Source: Paraglomus brasilianum
Taxonomy: Eukaryota
Reading direction: 5' to 3'
NCBI GenBank assembly: GCA_910592345.1
Contig: CAJVPI010000016.1
Span: forward strand, 62,001 to 85,712
DNA length: 23,712 nt
Part shown: in pieces, positions 11,557-22,424 of the stretch
Layout: every line of letters starts with the position of its first letter
How positions within the stretch are numbered: position 1 is the first letter of the stretch
The notes under the pieces: generated by a model
What the model was told of the DNA's origin: nothing
Database searches by the model: none
The model's input: only the letters and a program-made list of their open reading frames with translations
Position numbers and translations under genes: made by a program

Positions 11557-14104
11557 ATATTTGAAGCATGATGAGTTCGTCGATACAGCATGTCATGACA
11601 AAACCGTTGCATGTTATGCTACAACAATCAGAGTATAATGAACGTACTTCTATTTTCTTTAATAGCGTTTCACACTTTTGCCGTTATTTTCTATAATTAG
11701 CTCACATCATTGTTTTATCGATCCCACTAAATTGATTAACATTCTTGATTAACATTCCATTAGGGATAGAATACGTTTTCAGGACTTGGCGTATTCGGAT
11801 ATTCTACTGTCCATCAGGTAAAGGTCGAACCTTAAAAATGCAGGCAGTTGAGCCGAAATAAAAGAATTTCATCAGCTGTATTTGAGCAATTAATTCTTGG
11901 GCTTCGATCTCTTACCGTTCTAATATTATTCAATTGGCAATACGGTTCTCTTACGTTTGAATTAAAAATTCTACAAACCGAAGCTGTTTATAATAAAGCC
12001 GTGCAATTAAAGAAAATGCGATAAGTTTTGTTCAGGAACTAACTTTGATCCAATTGTGCGGGGAAAATTTAAATCGGTAAAAGTTAATTAGTTCTTATGC
12101 TAATTCTCCTTACAAGATCTTTATAACAAAAAATAAATAAATAAATAAAACAATAAAACCTAAATAATGTTAAAAAACCAAACAAACCAAATTACTTTTT
12201 TCAAACCGGAAAACGACATTAGCAGTCTTATTTCCTAAATTTGTTTTTTTTTAGCCGGTAATTACTTCTTGACCTCACTTCACGTGAATATTAATATGGG
12301 CAGGCTCGCCAAAACTTCTCCTGTTCACAAATTGCACTCCGTTTCTTATTTGTGGGAAAAGATAACGAAGAATTAGCTTACTAGCAATACTAGTATTGGC
12401 GTGTGTATGTGTATGCGTTATTGTAGCATGTTGTAGGAAGCAAGGTTGCTGTAATTCTGCTAGTCGTACTCCTGATGGAGATTGTCGCCCTCCCAGAACT
12501 CCTCGATTGATCCTTATCAGAGTTTTATTGATGTTGGTGATGTTGGCACGTAACAAATAAAAGGGGTTTAAAGTAAAAAGGTTCGTTTAATGTATATTTT
12601 TGTTGTATATTAGCAATGCGATAAGATTAAAGTATTATGCAGACTGGCGGTATATGCATAATCTTTGTTGATGCATATCATTGGATACAACAATAACCAG
12701 ACTTATCAGCCAGAATAAACCGATTTAGGAAATTCGGCGTGCAGTACTTGCATGATGCATATTGGATATTTGTTGTTGGGATTTCTAGAACAGCAAATAG
12801 TTACCATATAGCTGACATGAGTCATTTCGCAAATATGAAAGATTCGGATTGTAGGAATCCGTGCCATCGGAAAGTAAAGCTTGAGGCGTCCTTATTTCTG
12901 TAAACGCAAAAGGTGTCATTTTTTATTTTATAATAAACCCTTTATAATTTCTAAATTCGGTGTTCTTTTTGTGTCGATTGTAGGAACACAACATGCAAAG
13001 ATAAGAAGTAGATAAACGACCAGGAAAAATATTAAGACAAGACCCAACAAGGAAATCTGTATAGCGTTGCCTTATTATTATCTCATCTTGAAATTGTTAA
13101 ATGGTAATACAGTAACGTTGTTCTTCATGGTCTGTAGATGTCGAAACACATGCCATGCTCGATATAATTTTTCCTTCTTAACAGCAATACCTGACGTTAT
13201 AATAAAATCCTCCAAATTCTTCCCGGCAATAATAACCCGTAATTGAATAATAGCTCAGTCTTTTGTTTAATGTAACACTTTGTATCACCAATCCGGCTTC
13301 ACGTATAAAGCAACACGTGGTTATTCATTATGTCGTCTAGTTCATTAATTTACAGGTGGTACAGTATATTTTACCATCTTCATCGAGGTAAAATCCACAA
13401 TTATCACAGAGTAATTTTCTTATCATTCATTGTTTTAATTTTATTGGTTTAATTGACTAATTGTTGATCAGTCAAACTTTCCCTATAACTGGCGAAAACA
13501 CATTTAACGTTATTTTCTTGTTCAGGTCTCAATGCAATTACGCATCTGTTATTTATCTTTGAATTTATTAAGCGGTCACTATGAACAATAACCAACATTC
13601 CAGGAGTATTAAAAACATACATTTAACTCTGACCCTAAGCGAGTTCTAACTAACTCCATTCCATTATTTTTCACCCACCAGAATAATCTTTTGCTATACA
13701 ATACCTTAAGTTATTCGATAAAAAAAAAGGTTGTTAGATTTATGACACCAAAGACTATTTGGTTCCAATAGTTTACAAATACGTTCTTTCTATATCGCTT
13801 TCCTCTCTTTATAATAAAGTCACAGTTCAATGTATTTGCTGTACTTACCATCATATATAGGCTCAATATACACAAAGTTTTCAAGTCTAATTGCTTTAAA
13901 TATTAAAACTCTGCTTTCAAAATTTGATTTATTTCTTTATTTACTTAATTTTAAATCTATAAGTATTTACTTCAAGAGCTGCTTCAAGATTTCGTAACTG
14001 TCAGCAAATGTATATCCGTATAATTGAAATATATGACCAACATGTTGTTTGTTGACGTTATCTGATGCTGAATACAGAAATTCTTAAAATCTTCAAGTAC
14101 CCAG

Positions 14105-14140
14105 TGTCTCAGTCCAGAACTGAGACAGGTCCCCAACTGA
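14105..14140. repeat. Small palindromic element, copy 2 (inverted relative to copy 1)
   Basis: Reverse complement matches 7061-7096 at 35/36 nt. Internal hairpin TGTCTCAGT-ccaga-ACTGAGACA. Confidence 0.8.
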
Positions 14141-15019
14141 AGTACAACATTTTATCAAAATTGCCTCTGAAGTGTCTTCAAAGCTAAAATAAAATACAAG
14201 CAGACAACCCAGACAGAACATCAAGTTGTATTCACGGGCAGTTCTATTATTCTTGTAATGTATTAGTATTCTTAAATTATGCGCAACCATAAGAAGAAAA
14301 AAATTTTTTGGACATTGTTTCGTATCAGTAATTGCAGTACATTAACTCTTAGAGGCTTTCTGGATCTGTCATTAAAATAGACACCGATTACTTTAATCGT
14401 TAACAAACAGACGCATTAAAACTGATTAGTTGCTTTTGATATAAGCTATAGTGTTATCATTGCGAAAAAGTGTCATCACAAATAGAATTAAGGAGAAAAG
14501 CTATTTATCGTGTAACAATCTTTACCTTAAATTCTATTGGTAGATTGTAGTCACGTTTTTATAATCGTCGTTTTCAAATTTTTTGATGATCGCAGTAAGA
14601 ATTCCTTACAAATTTTTTCGCCGTGTCTATTTTCTTAGTATGTTTATTTGTAAACGGATCCTATACGCATCACACCATCATGCTCTCATGATACCACGCT
14701 ATCCCTAAATTATCACTTCGAATATTACGTCTATTTTTTTTTTTCGATGGGATTAGTTTCGAAAGCCTATAGGTCGGGGAAGTTTTCTACACTACTGCAC
14801 TAACCGCGTTTATGAAGAATTAAATAATGATCCCAGTGATGACAAGCTCGATTTTGTTAACCGCCGAGTCGGGGTGTGCTTTACACGATTGAGGTAAATT
14901 CACCAGGGAATGGACGAAAATAATAACATTTATTTAACAGAATTCAAAGAGTCATTCTAATTGCAAGGATTATAAGAACAAATATTGGAATAAAAGAATC
15001 GGATATGTTGAATATAATA

Positions 15020-15145
15020 TTCACTAAGGGAAATTATGACTGCTTATATATCTATCTATAATTTCACTAAAACTGATAACTGGCGAAATATGTGCAATGT
15101 GCCGCAGACCGGAAATCATGGAGGAATACGTCATCTTTAGCCTTA
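15020..15145 (+). pseudogene. Possible heavily decayed non-LTR retrotransposon ORF2 C-terminal Cys/His region
   Basis: With frameshifts it reads ...KGNYDCLYIYL/..KLITGEICAMCRRPEIMEEYVIFS, reminiscent of the TGH..LN.YL.RF.....C..C...ET.EH..F.C motif. The His is not conserved. Confidence 0.25.
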
Positions 15146-16415
15146 ATCCTCTTACACTTATAACATAGCAATAGGTCTAAAGTGCCACTAAAAAATAGTC
15201 AGACTTTTTTAGCTCACATAATCAAATGTTCATTGTTGTAGCCTGCCCAATCTCTAATTAGAGTATCATAATCTTACTTTGGGCAAGCACACTTGGTTAT
15301 ATTCGACACTTTCTTTTACCGCATTAAATAATTAATGTCTCAATGCCACAATTTCTTCTAGTTGGATTTTTCGGTTAACTTTTTGGTTATTCAAAGTTAG
15401 TTAGTTGCTGGCTTTTCTCTAATTCAGTTAGTAGTAGGTCAATATTTTTAAACATATTAGGTAGTTATCATTTTTAGGAAATAAAAGATAATTCCAGCCA
15501 AAATATTATCGTCGTTAGTGAATGCTAGTGTGTCTAATTCTTTAATAAGTATATATGTGCTGATATTTAGGTTGATTCTTGGTTGTTTCTAGTTGGTTCA
15601 TAATGGTTAAATTTGTTAACTGAATCGTGCTGGAAAATTTGTACTACAGTCTCCTATATTATGGTATTTAACAATAAAAACATAATCACGTTATTTTTAC
15701 AATACGGATATTTTTCTGCAAGACATTGCATTTTCTTAATTATTGGGCTGTTTAATAGAACTATATATATAACAATATTTTCATTACATTGTCTCGTAGT
15801 ATTAGTATAGTACTAGTCAAAAGTAACCATATACCCCTAATTCGGGACAGGAATGAGTAGATGCTTGAAAATTTCAAACCTGATCACCTGTAAAATTTCA
15901 GCTTGATCGAATGTCTCCAGTAATTTTCCATGTACTGTATTCACTATTTTGTCACTCAAACGGCATATCGTTTAGTCGAATAGGAACTTCAAAAATCTAT
16001 ATTTCCACGCGTTTCTAATAGATTTGCACAATATATTTTTGCAATTATAGTCAATAATTCAGAGACTTTTTTCGACACTTTTATGGATGTACAGCATATT
16101 CTGCCATTCTTCAAAACATCGTCGATTATAACTAACATAAACGGACTAATTCGGACTAGTGCATAAAAGTGTTAGCATCATTATATCGCACGATTATTTG
16201 CATCTGTAGCAATCACATAGCAATTTGTTCAAAATGTATTCTGATGGTGCAAAAGAACAAAATAAAAAAAAAAACATGGAAGTTGGTTAGAAATATGTCG
16301 AGATATGAAGTTTTGATGTACATGGGTCTATATCTCGAAAGTAAGACATTTGGTATTTGGAAAATTTGCTGGAGACATTCAATCAAGCACCATACTCGTT
16401 TGAACGTATTGTGTA

Positions 16416-16581
16416 CAAGTAAGTCTCGATATAATGTCTTGTTATAACGACAGAAACAGTAGAACAGAAAATCTATATTGCTTAGTTGTCGTATATAAGT
16501 TAATTCTCGATACAAGGACATTCTCGATACAGTGACCATTTGGATTGCAACAGAGCGTGTCGCTATATCAAGATCCACTTG
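16416..16581. mobile_element. 166-bp Tc1/mariner-superfamily MITE with TA target-site duplication
   Basis: TA|CAAGTAAGTCTCGATATAATG ... CGCTATATCAAGATCCACTTG|TA. The TIRs differ only by transitions. Internal TCTCGATA sub-repeats. Confidence 0.75.
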
Positions 16582-17096
16582 TATACCACTGCGTAAAAAG
16601 CGTTCAAGGACCAACTGATTATCGTAACTACGATTTGTCTATTCCCAGTTAACATAAACTGACCCTAATCTTGATCGATGTTTCAAAACAGACCGCGGCG
16701 CCGGAAAACGTTTAGTGTTGAATTCTTTTCCCATCTCCTTTCTTATTAGTAAATTACGCTTTTTGGCTGTTAGAAAATTAAGCCGAAACCGTATCAAACA
16801 TTAATTTAATTCTCGCTACTGCGTGTATTTATATAAGAAAAACATTCTACTGTTTTCGTTATTAATCAGATTGCGCATCAACCGTACCAATAACGCTGCA
16901 ATAAAAGAGCTATTATGACATTTGCATTAATAGTAGCCAAATTAATAATCTTGACTTCAAGAAAAGTCCATAAGCAATAATTTCCTTATAATACTGTTAG
17001 AACAACGCACGTTTGAAAGCTCGTCAAATGTGAACAAAATTTGTCAGATAATAAGAAATTATCTTCGTCAGCGCCCTTACAGGTGCACGTAATTTA

Positions 17097-17303
17097 CCGT
17101 ATACAGTCAGACCTCTCTAAATGCACGTTGTCGGGACCATAGTGAAAAAAAGCCAAAAGTGTGCATTTAGAGAGAGTGTGCATTTACAGAGAGCAAAATA
17201 TATAATGTTCTTATAAGCTGGGACTGAACCATACCGTGCATTTATGGAGAGTTTATATAGTGTGTGCATTTAGAGAGGTTGCATTTAGAGAAGAAATATA
17301 CGG
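17097..17303. mobile_element. ~207-bp Tc1/pogo-type MITE with TA TSD and internal GTGCATTTAGAGAG repeats
   Basis: TA|CCGTATA...TATACGG|TA ends. CCTCTCTAAATGCAC near the left end is inverted against five (GT)GCATTTA(G/C/T)-type repeats to the right. Confidence 0.8.
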
Positions 17304-17947
17304 TAAGAAAAAACCATTTTCCCAATAGAAGCAGCTGAGCCACTCCCTTTATACTACTTTCATCACGATTGAATAATATATAAAGAATTTGTGATTAATA
17401 TAATTATCTAAACAATACAGTACATAAATTTGAATTTTAATAAGGTTTGATACTTCGACGATGACCACACAAGAGTACATTAATACACAAAAATTCAACA
17501 AGTCTGTCGAATGAAAAATATAAAACTCTAGTTTAATATTACTAACAATGCTTTATAGTTTAGTAACTTGAAAATAATAAGAACTTGGAACAAAAATCAA
17601 AGGCTATTGAATTAGAGGACAAACTAATGGATATTTAACGCTGCTGGTTGTGATTCCCAATTTATAACTTGTCCATTTCTACTTATAATAGTGAAGAACT
17701 ATGAAAAGCTTTGAAAAACGCAAAAACGGGGTAAATTTCCCATAAAGTTCGGAATGAGGCAATTGCTTCAGCTAAAAGAACTCCAGAAGCAGGCAAAGTC
17801 TTGAATAATAAAATGGAATCAGTTCCAGAAAAGGTAACATTTCTGTTAGGTATCTCATCGATGACGACTTAATGCTAACATAGTATACTTCCATGCCAAA
17901 GATAAATACTATGCGAAAAATTGAAAAATTTAAGTCACAATTTTTTT

Positions 17948-18179
17948 AAACAAGTACCAATAAAATTTATATCATTTTAAAGCTAAATGATTGTAGTTTT
18001 AAAATTGAGAGACATCAGCAATTTTAAGATATTACTGTTGCATTGTAAGGAGGAGATGAAAGCTTCACTTGCTTAATTAATATTTGATCGACGTAAATAT
18101 TTTAAAATTGCTGATATTTCTCAATTAAAACTACACTCATTTAACTTTAAAATGATATAAATTCTATTGGTACTTGTTT
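17948..18179. repeat. Fold-back inverted repeat (~85-bp arms, ~60-bp spacer), probably part of a DNA transposon whose right end may be at 18444
   Basis: AAACAAGTACCAATAAAATTTATATCATTTTAAAG...CAGCAATTTTAAGATATT (17948-18033) pairs with 18096-18179 with a few mismatches/indels. ...GATCCAATACTG|TA at 18433-18446 looks like a Tc1-type end. Confidence 0.85.
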
Positions 18180-18505
18180 GAGAAAATATGGAGAATTAGC
18201 GACTTGAAAAATTCGATATTTCATGTTTTACTACTAAAATCTTGTACTTTACGAAAAACTTTCGAAAGTTACACAACAAAGTTGGGTGGGCTAATAAATT
18301 TGGTTTTTATTCAACGCAAACTACTATTTAGCTTTTTCAAATTTCTAACAGTATTTTACAACAGTTACATATCAAAGAAATAGAAGATTCGGTCACCAAA
18401 GTTATGGGAGAAAAACCGCCAACAATTATAATGATCCAATACTGTACATACATATATAGAATAAATATGTGAACACAGAATACTCGAGAATATATTGATG
18501 TTGTA

Positions 18506-18552
18506 CCTCAGTCTCAGTTCTGGACCGAGTGAACTGAGACTGGTCTTAAACT
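18506..18552. repeat. Small palindromic element, copy 3 (internally deleted)
   Basis: CAGTCTCAGTTC-tggaccgagt-GAACTGAGACTG forms a perfect 12-bp stem. Shares GTCTCAGTTCTGGACCGAG with copy 1. Confidence 0.75.
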
Positions 18553-19483
18553 AGCAATTAATATATTACTCTAACTTCCTTATCTGGCTTAATTTAGCTT
18601 CTCACGCAATAGACATTCCGTTCGGCAACAACAATGCACAATATTAAATTATAAAAAGATGACATATTACAACGCGTTCTCCTTAAGAAATTCCTTAAGA
18701 GTTTTTATTTTGGCAATAAATTTAACTGTATTTCACTATTGATCGTAATAATTGGAATGGTTGCAGAGATCAGAGCCATTGCTTTGCAATAAAACTTTGG
18801 ACCATTAGAAATTGATATACTGTAGTTAGTGAGAGTTGACATTGGCAGAGAACATGATACTTTTGAGCTTGAAATTTCTGTTTTATTACTAGCAAAACAC
18901 CCCCTTTACGTATTGTAATAATATATATAAAATGCAATAGATATGATCATTATTATTATTTTTATGCTGTAAAAAGAAAGAACGCACTACTAAAACATTA
19001 TAATATAATGAAAGGTCATTTACTTGTTATCTATTTTTTGTAGACATCAAATCAGTGAGTGACGAGCGTCTCATAGTTAGCTGGCGTACGGATACCTGTA
19101 TATTCAGTCCAAGCAATTTGTCGTGACTGTCACTGCTTTTGAATGGGTCTACGAATCTCACGTAAACTTCTAAGGAGCTACCCTACAACTTGATGTGTAA
19201 GCAAAGCAATAAAGCGAAAGAACATCTATTTAATTGATTATGATTTTTATTCAATGCATACTGTACCGATATCCCGTTACAATATTATATATTATCATAT
19301 GAAGCTGATTATATGCTCTCCCTGGATTTCTGACGTAGGATGATCCCCATTCCAATAATATGTGTTACCTACTATTTATTGTTAGTCGAAATTATTTTGT
19401 GCAAAGTCATTTCTTTCCCCCCTTTAGAGTCTCTGATTTTCAAATTGTGAACTCAACTGACGCCTACTTAGAAAAAAGACATC

Positions 19484-22424
19484 ATGGTATATGAAATCTG
19501 ACAATGATGATTCCTACCATTGCAATTACTTTCTGTCTGCTATCACTTTACATAATATAATGTTTTTCTGATAATCGAAATACCATTTATACGTATTTAC
19601 CACAGCAGGGCTCATCAAAACAGGCTGATCCTGAAGAATTATACGTAAAGCAGGACAGGATAGGTATGTCTTATTGCTTCAACGAACATTGTACGGATAA
19701 AATATCGTAGTATCGTCTCATTTCTATCAAACCTGATAAAATAAACGAGGGACATGATATGTGATCTAATATTTGTATCATTACCGATCTATGTTCTTCA
19801 TAGGCAAGGGATCCTTTGGTGAAGTGTATAAAGGGTAAGAGGTTGCGTCTTATTCAAAGTGATCGAGAAGGTCCATCAAATTTATTCAATGTCAATATTT
19901 CGGTGTCCTATGTGTTAGCCTTTATGCTAGGACTATTATTTGCAACATCTATTGCCAATGACTATATAATTTTCGCAAACTTGCGTTATAAATGGCGGAT
20001 GCCGCTCACCCAATGAACGAATTTGGCCCGCCATATCATATTAATCTGTATAAATTTGCATCCTTCCATTTTCTTGGGGGGGGTTGATCCGATTACATTC
20101 TAGGTTCGATAAAAGATCGAAAATGCCTGTAGCTATTAAGATTATTGATCTCGAAGCGGCAGAAGACGAAATAGAAGATATTCAACAGGAGATTGCTATA
20201 CTATCCCAATTGGACTCACCATATTTCACAAGGTAGTTAATGCTGGTGGGAAAAATATTATAATTCTCTTCATCTAATATATCTGATGGCGTCATTGTCT
20301 TATTGGAAGATACTATGGATCCTATCTCAAAGATACTCATCTATGGATTGTCATGGAATATTGTTCGGGTGGTTCTTGTTCCGATTTGGTAAGCATTAGG
20401 GCAGAGCATTCTATTGCACAGCTATATCCATATCTACGGAGAAGTTAGAAACAAGTTCTAAAGAATAAGTAAACATTACTAGTAATTAAATTATTAGCTA
20501 CTTATGAGTTTTACGAGTCTTTTAATATATGTGCTTATTTAACAGGTGAAGCCTGGCGCCTTTAAAGAAGAATATATAGCCATCATATTAAGAGAATTAC
20601 TCAAAGGACTTGAGCATCTTCATAATGAAAATAAACTACACAGAGGTCGGTTTATTTTCATATTTATGCATTAACATTACTGCTTTTTATGTTTTACGTT
20701 CTAACCGTCAATTTATTCTTATCATCGTCAACTATAGACATTAAAGGTTGGCAATGATAAATACGCTAATTTGGAAATTTGTAAGATAGCAACCATCCAG
20801 TCAAGAACGTTGAGCTGACACAAGAATGGATTGTTTACAGCGGCGAATATTCTCCTATGTGCAACAGGCGATGGTAAACGATTTCTAATATTGCTATGCA
20901 ATCGATATGGACACATGTTGATTATTAATTTTTCATGTGATCTCAATCACAGTGAAACTAGCGGACTTCGGCGTATCAGGACAAGTGTGTACGATTTATA
21001 TAATGTGACGCATATATATTATTCTATAAACAGGCATTAGAGTCATCCTTACCAATGACATTATCCTCAATACTTATATAGATCACTGCGACGATGAACA
21101 AGAAGAATACGTTCGTTGGCACCCCTGTAAGTCTACTCATCTGTATGTATCCGAATTCACATGAGACTAACGCTCTTGCTATGTTTACAGTTCTGGATGG
21201 CCCCGGAAGTCATCAAGCAATCCGGATATGATTTCAAGGTATATTGCAATTACGTCTTGTATATTTCATATTTCATATCTGAGGCTAAGTCGTATTCACT
21301 GATTTGTGGAATCTTAGGCTGATATCTGGTCACTGGGTATAACTGCTATTGAATTAGCCAAAGGAGAACCGCCACATGCTGATTTGCATCCAATGAAAGT
21401 ACTCTTCCTAATTCCTAAGAACCCTCCCCCTACTTTGGATGGAAATTTCTCTAAACCATTTCGAGAATTCATTTCAGCTTGTTTACAAAAGGATCCTAAT
21501 CTTGTAAAGTGTCTATTTAAACTCATATGTGAGGATTCGCGTTATGTAGCTGATTCTAATTATGAAACTATGAACAGAGACCGACTGCGAAAGACCTGTT
21601 GAAATACAAATTCATTAAAAGTGCAAAGAAGACGTCCTATCTCACAGAATTAATTGAAAGACACGAAAAATGGGTAGCTGAAGGTTACGATAAACAGGAT
21701 TACGAGGAGGAAAACTCTAATAGGAACGGGTACATTATCATAATCTCAAATATATACTTTTTTTGATATTAAATTTGATCATTGGTTTCTTTTTCTTTCA
21801 TAGGAAACTAGAGGAATGTGACTATGGGCCTTGGGACTTCCGTACTATGAAGAAACAAGTTTCCTCTCCGACATCCAGTGACGATGAAAATGAGTACTTC
21901 GAAGATGGTACTATCGGTCCTGCAGCTGGGAAACAAAGACATGGAGTCAATTCGACTTCATTGGTGTGTTCTTCTTTTTCTTCCGTTGCTATTTTTCGAT
22001 ACACGAACGACTCATCTCATTTAATTCTAATTTCAGTCATCTAATACCTATGAACAGTCACCTAATACAATTGATTCAAATTGTGGTACAATCAAACAGA
22101 TGGGCATTTCCGAAGACGTTGACGATTATGATTATTACTCTGACGAGGCTTCTCAGACTATAACAGGTCCAGAAGTGTTTGAGAAGGTTATGCTACCATC
22201 TATTGAGAAGGTACGTGTCTGTAAATGATTGTTATTATATATTATTGTGATATAATATTTTGTATCATATAATTTAGCTTCGTCATCTGGCACCATCGGT
22301 ACGAGCACGATATACGATCGATAATTTAGCAAAAGCATTTGAGAATGCTGAAATAGAAAATCCAGGGATATCAGAAAAGTTTATTCATGTCGTTCTACAG
22401 ACGTATGATGAGGTAACACCATAG
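19484..22424 (+). CDS. Ste20-family GCK-III serine/threonine kinase (STK24/STK25/STK26-MST3/4-like), 16 exons, ~461 aa. Exons 19484-86, 19606(or 19609)-19663, 19804-34, 20104-20232, 20310-88, 20546-20645, 20738-46, 20841-73, 20953-84, 21082-21126, 21191-21238, 21318-21503, 21578-21729, 21804-21963, 22037-22210, 22278-22424.
   Basis: Spliced translation gives [116 protein letters not shown] and [12 protein letters not shown]. The C-terminal [20 protein letters not shown] resembles the GCK-III/PDCD10 dimerisation region. All 15 introns are GT-AG with consistent phases; exon total 1386 nt. Confidence 0.93.

Noticed and set aside
15820..16160. Possible transposon end (AAGTAACCATATACCCCTAATTCGGGAC) and interior
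   Set aside because: TE-like in character, but no partner terminus or TSD could be identified.
19081..19200. Frame KQFVVTVTAFEWVYESHVNF*GATLQLDV faintly like the Ras-family switch-I/beta2-3 region
   Set aside because: No P-loop or DTAG motif nearby, an internal stop, and similarity too weak to call.
19992..20034. ATGGCGG...CCGCCAT hairpin in the longest kinase intron (snoRNA?)
   Set aside because: Only a 7-bp stem, with no convincing C/D or H/ACA boxes.
19816..22338. ORF-track ORFs within the kinase locus
   Set aside because: Exon fragments reading into introns, or antisense shadows, all explained by the spliced model.
22412..22424. Alternative donor GAG|GTAACA near the kinase stop
   Set aside because: An in-frame TAG follows three codons later, after a complete C-terminal domain, and no clearly better downstream exon was found.
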